Source of the DNA: Pseudomonadota bacterium
Lineage (GTDB): Bacteria > Pseudomonadota > Alphaproteobacteria > Kiloniellales > JAKSDN01
DNA: 64,000 nucleotides
Assembly: GCA_039029395.1 (NCBI GenBank)
Contig: JBCCGG010000014.1
Location: forward strand, 48,622-112,621
Direction: 5' to 3'
Shown here piece by piece: positions 28,370 through 36,074 of this stretch; position 1 is the first letter of the stretch, and every line of letters begins with the position of its first letter. Below the pieces are notes generated by a model, which ran no database searches, had not been told where the DNA came from, and was given only the letters and a program-made list of their open reading frames with translations. Position numbers and translations under genes: made by a program.

Positions 28370-28503
28370 GCACCCTGTATTCCGTGGGCGTTTACCGGAC
28401 CGAAAGCCTAATCTGGCAAGCTGATGGCTTCGCCAAGAAGGCGAAAGGCCCCGTGCGCAAGACGCCCCGCTTACTTCCGCTGGCAGGGTGCACGGGGCTT
28501 TCC
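28370..28503 (+). ncRNA. Candidate structured leader RNA (riboswitch-like)
   Basis: Nested stems GCACCCTG/CAGGGTGC, GGGCGTTT/AGACGCCC, AAGCC/GGCTT, CGCC/GGCG, plus an alternative 14-bp stem followed by a short T run; folded by eye only. Confidence 0.35.
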
Positions 28504-28631
28504 ACCCCTTGGCAGCCAGCGTGCGTTGCGGCCAAATTTCGCTCCGCCCAGCTGGGCTGGTCGTGATAGGTTCAACTCGCTCAAGAACGCCCATGGGTGC
28601 GCGACCTGGACACAAACGGACGGCCACCGCG

Positions 28632-29204
28632 ATGATCTGGCATAGGGACCCGCGTCCGCGCACCAGCCGACCGACCGCCGGTCGCGTGCGACGGCTCATG
28701 GCCGCCGCTTTCTTGGCCGCCCTGATGACCGTTCCGGGGCTTGCCGCTGGCGCCGAGCTGCCGGCGCCGACCGGCAAGGTCGTGCTCAGCGTCACCGGCA
28801 TGATTCGCCACGCAAACGACCTCCTGGACGGCCGCCGGGCCGCCCACTTCGACCGCACCATGTTCGAGGCTCTGGGCGCCAGCGCGCTTAAGACCACCAC
28901 CTTTTGGACCAAGGGCGAGCATCTCTTCGAGGGCGTGGACGGGCGCGCGCTGTTGGACCGGGTCGGCGCACACGGCTCGCGCGCCTTGGCGACCGCGCTC
29001 AACGACTATCAAGTCGAGATCCCACTCAGCGACTTCACCGATCACGCCGTGATGCTGGCCCTCAAGCAGGACGGGGAGTACCTGAAGATCCGCAACAAGG
29101 GGCCGATTTGGGTGATCTATCCGGCCGGGCAAACCGCCGGGCTGGCTGAGCGGGAGCTCCTGGCGCGCTCGGTCTGGCAGCTTCGGCATCTGGAGATCCA
29201 ATGA
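28632..29204 (+). CDS. Periplasmic PruR-like (SUOX/molybdopterin-binding fold) pterin-binding protein
   Basis: Signal peptide; TTTFW, FEGV, ALNDY..IP, RNKGPIWVIYP, RSVWQL; start uncertain. Confidence 0.8.
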   Translation: MIWHRDPRPRTSRPTAGRVRRLMAAAFLAALMTVPGLAAGAELPAPTGKVVLSVTGMIRHANDLLDGRRAAHFDRTMFEALGASALKTTTFWTKGEHLFEGVDGRALLDRVGAHGSRALATALNDYQVEIPLSDFTDHAVMLALKQDGEYLKIRNKGPIWVIYPAGQTAGLAERELLARSVWQLRHLEIQ

Positions 29205-31051
29205 TCGCGCGGCGCAGCAGCAAGCGCATGCTGGTGCTGGTCGCCACCCTGGCGGTCTTTCTGGTCAGCTTGATGATCACCTTCCAGCGCACTCGGGAGC
29301 TGGAGAACGATGTCGCCTCGGCGGTCAACGCGGCGATCTGGACCCTGGCCCAGACCGAGATCGAATACTATCGCCTGCTCAACGCCCTGCAGGCATATCA
29401 GGCGGGCGACCCGGCGGTCGACGGGGCGGCCGTGGCCGAGCGCTTCGAGATCTTCTGGAGCCGCGTGCCGGTGTTGATCGACGGACCCGAGGTCCGCCCC
29501 TTGCGCAACATCATCGACCTGGAGGCCCGGCTTGACCCGATCATGGAGACCCTGCGCCTGATCGAGCCCATGGTCTTCAGCCTGGCGCGCGACGACGAGC
29601 AGAGCTTCACGGCGATCTACGACGCCCTCGCGCCGATGGGCCCAAGCTTGCACCAGCTGGTGGTCGACGCCCATTGGCAGCAGGACTGGCAGCGCATCTA
29701 CCGGGCCGACGAAGGCCAATCCTTGCGGCTTGAGCTGGCGGTCTCCTTCGCCGGCATCATCATGAGCGGCGGCATCCTGATTACCCTGTTGATTCGCGAG
29801 ATCCGCGAGACAGAGCGATTGCTGCGTCAATCGAACGAGACCGAGGCCGAACTGGTCAAGACCCGCAACGCGGCAGAGCAGGCCAACACAGCCAAGTCCC
29901 GCTTCTTGGCCGCCGCCAACCACGATCTGCGCCAGCCGCTCCAGGCGCTCAGTATGCTCCTTGCGATCTTGCAGCGGACCACCGACTGGCACCATCGCCG
30001 GGCGATCTACGGCCAGATGACCAGCAAGCTCGAAACCATCGGCAACATGCTCAACGTGCTGCTAGACATCGGCAAGCTGGAGGAAGGTCGGGTCCAGGTC
30101 AACTTCAAGGATGTGCCGCTCGCCGAGCATCTCGCGCGGCTCGAGAACGAGTTCCGCCTACCGGCGGAAAAAGCCGGTCTGGAGCTGCGTTTCGTGCCGA
30201 CCCGCACGGTGGTGCGCAGCGACCCGATCCTGCTTGAGCGGATCACCGCCAATCTGGTGTCCAATGCGGTGCGCTACACCAACCAAGGCAAGATCTTGGT
30301 CGGCTGCCGACGCCGGGGCAACCGGGTGTGCCTGGAGATCTGGGACACCGGGCCCGGCATCGAGGCCGACAAGCTCTCCGAGATCTTCCAGGACTACACC
30401 CAGCTGGCCAATCCCTCGCGCGACCCGGCTCGGGGCCTCGGCCTCGGCCTTGCCATCGTCGAGCGCTTGGCCAAGCTGATGGAGCACAAGATCACTGTGC
30501 GCTCGACCCCGGGCAAGGGCTCGATGTTCGCGATCGAGCTGCCCTTCGTCCTGCGCAGCCAGCCCGAGCGCGTGACCCGGCCGGTGGCGCGCCAGGTCAT
30601 CGACGTGCTCGACAAAGCCACAATCATCCTGATCGAGGACGACGAGACCATGCTGGCGACCGGCACCCGGCTGCTGCGCATGTGGGGCGCGCGGGTGATC
30701 TCCGGACCGAACAGCGAGACCGTGCTCGAGCGGCTGAAGGGCCAGCGTGCGCGGCCCGATATCGTGATCGCCGACTACCGCCTGGCCAACCGCCAAACCG
30801 GCCTGGAGACGATCCAGGAGATCAAGGACTTCCTCGGGAGGGACATCCCCTCGATCGTCATGACCGGCGATACCGACCCCGAGGTCACCACCGAACTCGA
30901 GGCCTCGGGCAGCGCACTGGCCCACAAGCCGTTTAATCCGGTCGACCTGGAGGCGTTGATCGCCAAGCTGATCACGAGGAGCCCCTGCGTCCCGACGGCG
31001 CCCGCCGATCACCAGGAGGCGAGCGCGGCCAAATCCAGGATTCGTTTGTAA
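29201..31051 (+). CDS. Hybrid sensor histidine kinase/receiver with DcpA-type periplasmic domain
   Basis: Two TM helices; periplasmic W-x7-E (WTLAQTEIE) and R-x3-F-x2-R (RFEIFWSR); H-box NHDLRQPL, NAVRYT, DTGPG, GLGLG; receiver ADYRL..HKP; ATGA overlap with the upstream gene. Confidence 0.9.
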   Translation: MIARRSSKRMLVLVATLAVFLVSLMITFQRTRELENDVASAVNAAIWTLAQTEIEYYRLLNALQAYQAGDPAVDGAAVAERFEIFWSRVPVLIDGPEVRPLRNIIDLEARLDPIMETLRLIEPMVFSLARDDEQSFTAIYDALAPMGPSLHQLVVDAHWQQDWQRIYRADEGQSLRLELAVSFAGIIMSGGILITLLIREIRETERLLRQSNETEAELVKTRNAAEQANTAKSRFLAAANHDLRQPLQALSMLLAILQRTTDWHHRRAIYGQMTSKLETIGNMLNVLLDIGKLEEGRVQVNFKDVPLAEHLARLENEFRLPAEKAGLELRFVPTRTVVRSDPILLERITANLVSNAVRYTNQGKILVGCRRRGNRVCLEIWDTGPGIEADKLSEIFQDYTQLANPSRDPARGLGLGLAIVERLAKLMEHKITVRSTPGKGSMFAIELPFVLRSQPERVTRPVARQVIDVLDKATIILIEDDETMLATGTRLLRMWGARVISGPNSETVLERLKGQRARPDIVIADYRLANRQTGLETIQEIKDFLGRDIPSIVMTGDTDPEVTTELEASGSALAHKPFNPVDLEALIAKLITRSPCVPTAPADHQEASAAKSRIRL

Positions 31052-31126
31052 CATCAAATACTTATCGCCAATTCCTTAAAACGCAATTCGCCATGGCTCG
31101 TGTGTCGAAAAGCGTCGGCCGGTGGA

Positions 31127-31155
31127 TTGACAGGGCCCGGCGCTTCGCCTATGTT
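31127..31155 (+). promoter_or_regulatory. Sigma70 promoter of rpmJ
   Basis: TTGACA-N17-TATGTT. Confidence 0.7.
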
Positions 31156-31214
31156 CGCGCGCTTTCCGGCGGCGGCGCGAGAAGGCGCCGGAGCCGCCAA
31201 AGAGGATCGGGACC

Positions 31215-31340
31215 ATGAAAGTCGTAAACTCGCTTCGCACCGCCAAGCTGCGGGAAAAGGGATGTCGTCTGGTGCGCCGGCGCGGCCGCGTCTACGTCAT
31301 TAACAAAAAGAACCCGCGCTTCAAGGCGCGCCAGGGCTGA
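31215..31340 (+). CDS. rpmJ: 50S ribosomal protein L36, type B (zinc-free, YkgO-like)
   Basis: Manual translation [41 protein letters not shown] (41 aa, below the ORF-track cutoff). Confidence 0.95.
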   Translation: MKVVNSLRTAKLREKGCRLVRRRGRVYVINKKNPRFKARQG

Positions 31341-31359
31341 ATCGGTCGGCAAGGCCAGA

Positions 31360-32337
31360 TCACATCATTCCCTGTTCGCTATAATAGCGCTTGGCGCCGT
31401 CGTGGAGCGGCGCGGAAAGCCCGGCCTTGAGCATCTGCTCGGGCTCTAGGTGGCGCAGCTCCGGATAAAGCGCCTTCAAGGTCGACAAGTTTTCGAACAC
31501 CGTAGCGACCAGATCGTAGACGGCCTCCTCCGGCACGTCGGACGAGCTGAACACGGTGATCGTCGAGCCGAAGGTCGGCACCGGCTCGTCGACGCCTTCA
31601 TAGATCCCGCCCGGGATGGTCATGGGCGCGAGATAGGGCGTCTCCGCGATCACCTTGTCCAGCGCCGCGTCACTGATCGGGACAATCTCGGCATCGCAGA
31701 TCCTGGTCATCTGCTCGATCGTCGAATCCGGGTGGCCGACTTCATAGGTGACCGCTTCGACCCAGCCGTGGCAGAGCGCCATGGACTGCTCGCCGGCAGC
31801 CAGCTCCTCGGCCAGCTGAAAGTCCTGCTTGGTCCAGTCCTTGGCCGCCATCACTAGGTCCATGGTCGCGCGGTTCTCGCTATAGGGGCGGCCGATGTTG
31901 ACACGCTTACCCGCCAGGTCGTCTATACCCTCGATACCGGCATTGCGCTTGGCGAGCAGAGTAAACGGCCGGGTGTCGATCGAGAACAGGCTGCGGATCG
32001 GCTCGAAGTCGCTCGACATGAAACGTACCGGTCCGGTGCCGGTCACCGCGAAGTGTTGCCAGTCTGAGCGGGCGATGCCGATGTCGCCGGCGCCGTCGCG
32101 GATGTTAACAAGGTTGGCGAAGGACTCCGCCGCGTCGCCGGCGGGGACCGGCGTGATCGTGCAGTCGAGCGAGTCGGCCTTGCGGTTGACCAGGGCGCAG
32201 AGCATCTGACCGAGCTCATAGTACTTGCCGTCCTCGTCGCCGACGATAGCGAGCTCCTCGGCCGCCCGGCCAGGCGCGGCCGTCAGCAGCAGCGCGAGCG
32301 CGGGCACGAAAGCGATCATTGTTCTCATGTTTGACAT
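31360..32337 (-). CDS. TAXI family TRAP transporter solute-binding protein
   Basis: Signal peptide; G.YY..G, DLAGKRVNIG, GHP, IPGGIY, APLHDGAKRYY. Confidence 0.88.
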   Translation of the reverse strand: MSNMRTMIAFVPALALLLTAAPGRAAEELAIVGDEDGKYYELGQMLCALVNRKADSLDCTITPVPAGDAAESFANLVNIRDGAGDIGIARSDWQHFAVTGTGPVRFMSSDFEPIRSLFSIDTRPFTLLAKRNAGIEGIDDLAGKRVNIGRPYSENRATMDLVMAAKDWTKQDFQLAEELAAGEQSMALCHGWVEAVTYEVGHPDSTIEQMTRICDAEIVPISDAALDKVIAETPYLAPMTIPGGIYEGVDEPVPTFGSTITVFSSSDVPEEAVYDLVATVFENLSTLKALYPELRHLEPEQMLKAGLSAPLHDGAKRYYSEQGMM

Positions 32338-32486
32338 CTCCTTGCGCTGGCCGCCTGCCTGGCCGGCATCCGTGGCACCCTGGAGCCCCGAAGCTCCGAT
32401 CAACAAGGACCGATGGTGATGCCATAATAGCGCGAATTGGCGGCCGCGGTCTATGATCGCGCGTCCGACCGCACCTTTGGAGTTCG

Positions 32487-33686
32487 ATGATGATGACTCT
32501 GCTCGCAGGCGCTCGCCCTGGCTTCATGGGTCTGGCCGCACTCGGGCTCCTGAGTATCGCCTGCGCCCAGGCGCCAGAACCGCCTCCGCCGCCAGTCAGC
32601 CCGCCGGCCGAGCGCGACGACGGTTGGCCGGTCGCGTCCTTGGGCGAGGCCGGATTCGACGAAGCGGCGATGGCCGCGCTGACCGACTCGATCCGCACTG
32701 GTGCGCTCTCCAACACCCACGCGCTTGTCATCGAGCATCGCGGTCGCCTGGTCTACGAAGCCTACTTCAAAGGCGAGGACGAGCGCTGGGGCAGACCTCT
32801 TGGGACGGTCAGATTCGACCAAGATACCCTTCACGACCTCCGCTCGGTGACCAAGAGCGTGACCTCCGCGCTACTGGGTATCGCGCTCGCCGATAATATC
32901 GACGAGTCTCTGAAGCGGCCGTTGATCGTGACCTTCGACGATTTGAAGGAGACCTTCGACGACGGCGCCGCGCAGGTCACACTGTATCATACGCTCACAA
33001 TGACCGCGGGCCTCGAGTGGAACGAGATGTCCGTGCCCTATACCGACCCAAGTAACGACGAGATCCGCATGGTCTATGCCGAGGACCCGGTGGCGATGGT
33101 GCTGGCCCGCCCCTTGCGCGACCCGCCGGGCAGCGCCTGGTACTACAATGGCGGGCTGACCCAGGTCTTGGCCGGCGTTATCGAACGGCAGACCGGCCAG
33201 CCGATCGACGCCTTCGCCGAGGACGCCTTGTTCGCACCCTTGGGAATCACCGACTATGAGTGGCTGGGCTCCCCGCTATGGGCCGAGGGCAGCTCGCCGA
33301 GCGCCGCTTCGGGATTGCGTCTGCGCGCCCGAGACCTCGCCAAGATTGGGTCTGTGATGCTGCACGACGGTGTTTGGCAGGGCCGCCAAGTAATCCCGGC
33401 TCGCTGGGTCGCGCTCTCGACCGAGCGCCACGTGGCGGAGATTCCTTGGAGCCCCTCGGGTGTCTATGGCTACGGCTTCATGTGGTACCCGGGGCGCAGC
33501 AAAGACGAGCGCGCCACCAGGATCGTCCGGGCGGCCGGCAACGGCGGCCAGCGGCTCTACATCCTGCCCGACGAGGGGATTGTGATTACGCTCTTCGCCG
33601 ACCTCTACAATCAGCGCAGCGACTGGATCGGCGAGCGTATACTGGGCGAAGTGCTTGCAGCCTACAGGCCAGCGTCAGAGCGCTGA
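32487..33686 (+). CDS. Serine hydrolase, beta-lactamase class C-like (possible lipoprotein)
   Basis: SVTK, LTMTAGLEW, WYYN, AGNGGQ; lipobox-like LSIAC. Confidence 0.87.
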   Translation: MMMTLLAGARPGFMGLAALGLLSIACAQAPEPPPPPVSPPAERDDGWPVASLGEAGFDEAAMAALTDSIRTGALSNTHALVIEHRGRLVYEAYFKGEDERWGRPLGTVRFDQDTLHDLRSVTKSVTSALLGIALADNIDESLKRPLIVTFDDLKETFDDGAAQVTLYHTLTMTAGLEWNEMSVPYTDPSNDEIRMVYAEDPVAMVLARPLRDPPGSAWYYNGGLTQVLAGVIERQTGQPIDAFAEDALFAPLGITDYEWLGSPLWAEGSSPSAASGLRLRARDLAKIGSVMLHDGVWQGRQVIPARWVALSTERHVAEIPWSPSGVYGYGFMWYPGRSKDERATRIVRAAGNGGQRLYILPDEGIVITLFADLYNQRSDWIGERILGEVLAAYRPASER

Positions 33687-33700
33687 TCGGCTCTGAAACC

Positions 33701-34495
33701 ATGTTCGCCAAGTACCTGGATCGGTGGGCGCTGATTGCCGACGGCACACCAATTGAAACCCACAACAGTCACCTTCTGCCGGTTCGCCGGCACGGCGTGG
33801 CCGCTATGCTCAAGGTGGCGACCGCGGCGGAGGAGCGGGCCGGTGCCAAGCTCATGGCGTGGTGGAACGGGTCCGGTGCGGCCAAGGTGCTCGCTTGGGA
33901 CGAGGATGCGCTACTATTGGAGCGCGCCGACCACAACGGTACCCTGGCTGCGATGGCCAGAACCGGCGATGACGACGAGGCCAGCAAGATTCTATGCCGT
34001 GTCGTCGCGACGCTCCATGAACCGAGGAGCGAGCCGCCGCCACCTCTCGTACCCTTGGAACAGTGGTTTCGGGCCTTGACCCATGACACGGAAGCGCACG
34101 ACGGCGTTGTCGCACATGCCGGCGCGACCACCCGCGACCTGCTCGCCACCCAGCGCGAGGTTGTTTCCCTTCATGGCGACATTCACCACGGCAATGTACT
34201 CCATTTCGGAGAGCGGGGCTGGCTGGCGATCGACCCCAAGGGTTTGGTCGGCGATCGCTGTTTCGACTACGCCAACCTATTCTGCAACCCGGACCATGAG
34301 ACCGCGACAGCGCCCGGCCGCTTCGCCCGGCAGGTGGCGGTGGTCGCCGAGGCGGCGCGGCTCGAGCGCCAACGGCTCTTGCGCTGGACCCTGGCCTGGG
34401 CCGGTCTCTCGGCGGCCTGGTTGATCGAGGACGGTGCTTCGGCGGCGACCCCTCTCTGTGTCGCGGAGCAAGCGGCAAGAGCGCTCAAAGACTGA
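33701..34495 (+). CDS. Aminoglycoside/hydroxyurea phosphotransferase, APH(6)/StrB-like
   Basis: AMLKV, WWNGSGAAKVL, LLLERA, LHGDIHHGNVL, WLAIDPKG, AGLSAAW. Confidence 0.88.
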   Translation: MFAKYLDRWALIADGTPIETHNSHLLPVRRHGVAAMLKVATAAEERAGAKLMAWWNGSGAAKVLAWDEDALLLERADHNGTLAAMARTGDDDEASKILCRVVATLHEPRSEPPPPLVPLEQWFRALTHDTEAHDGVVAHAGATTRDLLATQREVVSLHGDIHHGNVLHFGERGWLAIDPKGLVGDRCFDYANLFCNPDHETATAPGRFARQVAVVAEAARLERQRLLRWTLAWAGLSAAWLIEDGASAATPLCVAEQAARALKD

Positions 34496-34585
34496 GCCGC
34501 GCCGCGGTCCTTGTTCTGCTTTGAGAGCCCTAGCTTCTGCTGTACCCATGGGTGCCTCAACTTGAGACCGAACCGGAGGTCGACC

Positions 34586-34945
34586 ATGGGCGCAGAAGAG
34601 TCGCGGCGCGACCGCACAATCAATTATATCGAATTCGTGGTCGCCGACATCGCCCGGGCCAAGGCGTTTTATGGCACGGCCTTCGGCTGGACCTTCAAGG
34701 ACTATGGGCCTGCCTACTGCGAATTCTCCGACGGCCACATGACCGGTGGCTTCGAGGCAGGTGAGCCGGCACCGGCCGGCGGGCCATTGGTGGTTCTTTA
34801 TGGCAGCGATCTGGAAGCGCTCATGGCGCGAGTCGAGGACTCTGGCGGCAAGATTGTCAAGCCGCTCTTCGCCTTCCCCGGCGGCCGGCGCTTTCACTTC
34901 ACGGACCCCGACGGCTACGAGCTCGCGGTCTGGACCGAGACCTGA
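34586..34945 (+). CDS. VOC/glyoxalase family protein
   Basis: INYIEF, FYGTAFGW, FPGGRRFHFTDPDGYELAVW. Confidence 0.88.
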   Translation: MGAEESRRDRTINYIEFVVADIARAKAFYGTAFGWTFKDYGPAYCEFSDGHMTGGFEAGEPAPAGGPLVVLYGSDLEALMARVEDSGGKIVKPLFAFPGGRRFHFTDPDGYELAVWTET

Positions 34946-34949
34946 GGGC

Positions 34950-36071
34950 TTAGGGGGCGATGAAGGGCAGAGTCGTGATCGCAAGCGCGCGGGGCGCGGT
35001 GCCGACTATGACGCGAAGGTCGTCGGCCCCGTCGTGGACCTCGTTGCTGACGATTCCGAGGGCGATGTTCCTTTGCAAGCGGTGCGAATAGGCCATTTCG
35101 CTGAGCGTCCCGACGGCCTCGTCGCCGCGCAGGATGTCCAGCGGATGCTGGTTGCCGGTGACCGGCGGCCCCTCGATGAAGAGCCCGACGCGCCGGCGCC
35201 GAACCCCGGCCCGCTTGATCTCCACGAGCGCATCCCGGCCGATGAAATCCTGCCCGCTCTCCAGCTCGACCAGATGGCCCAGGCCGATCTCGAAAGGATC
35301 GACCGGGTTGCTCTGCGCGCGCCCATCCGCACCGTAGGACACCAGGCCGCTTTCCAGCCGCTCCAAATCGTTGGGCGCGCCCGGGCCGATGTCGTAAGCG
35401 CGGCCAGCGTTTTTCACGATCTGCCAAAGCTCGCTGCCCCGGGCACCGTCCTGGAGGTAGAGCTCGAAGCCGCCCTGTTTCGACCAGCCCGAGCGCGCCA
35501 GCACCAGGGGGATGCCCTCAAGCTCCGTCTCCTTGAACCAGAAGTACTTAAGGTCTTCGACCCAAGCGCCAAAAAGATCCCGCGCCAGATCCAGCGCCTT
35601 CGGCCCCTGGATCGCCATGGGCGAGACGTCGGGCTCGAAGACCCGCACATCTAGCCCGCGCTCCCGAGCGATCGCGGCGGCCCAAAGGGCGATATCGCTG
35701 TCGGCGATCGAGAGCCAATAGCGCGCCTCGGCCAGTTTCAGGAGCACCGGATCGTTGATCAGGGTGCCGTCGTGATCGCACAGCGCCACGTAGCGGCCCT
35801 GGCCGACGGCGCAGCGCGTGAGGTCCCGGGTGGTCAGGTATTGAGCCAGCGCGCCGGCGTCGGGCCCGCTCAACTCGACCTGGCGCTGGGCGGCCACGTC
35901 CCACTGGGCGACGCCCTCGATCAAGCGCCGGTACTCGCCCTCCGGATCGCCATAGTGGCCGGGAATGTACATGTGATTGTAGACCGAAAAGGCGCGCACA
36001 CCCTCGGCTAGGGTCGCCTCGAAATAGGGCGATTTGCGGATGTTGGGCGTGATCGAAAGCCGAAATGTCAT
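34950..36071 (-). CDS. GcvT-family aminomethyltransferase, DmdA-like
   Basis: VYNHM, WDVAAQRQV, INDPVLLKL, EPDVSP.AIQGP, ARSGWSKQGGFE, ERLESGL.SYG. Confidence 0.85.
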   Translation of the reverse strand: MTFRLSITPNIRKSPYFEATLAEGVRAFSVYNHMYIPGHYGDPEGEYRRLIEGVAQWDVAAQRQVELSGPDAGALAQYLTTRDLTRCAVGQGRYVALCDHDGTLINDPVLLKLAEARYWLSIADSDIALWAAAIARERGLDVRVFEPDVSPMAIQGPKALDLARDLFGAWVEDLKYFWFKETELEGIPLVLARSGWSKQGGFELYLQDGARGSELWQIVKNAGRAYDIGPGAPNDLERLESGLVSYGADGRAQSNPVDPFEIGLGHLVELESGQDFIGRDALVEIKRAGVRRRRVGLFIEGPPVTGNQHPLDILRGDEAVGTLSEMAYSHRLQRNIALGIVSNEVHDGADDLRVIVGTAPRALAITTLPFIAP

Positions 36072-36074
36072 CGC

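Noticed and set aside
28404-28450. Hammerhead-ribozyme-like core (CTGATG...GAAAGGC pairing with GCCTA)
   Set aside because: The core reads CUGAUGG rather than CUGANGA and no proper stem I forms; kept only as part of the structured-leader candidate
34950-36071. Assigning the symbol dmdA
   Set aside because: The motifs are shared, but the N-terminus differs and no other DMSP genes are adjacent; needs phylogeny
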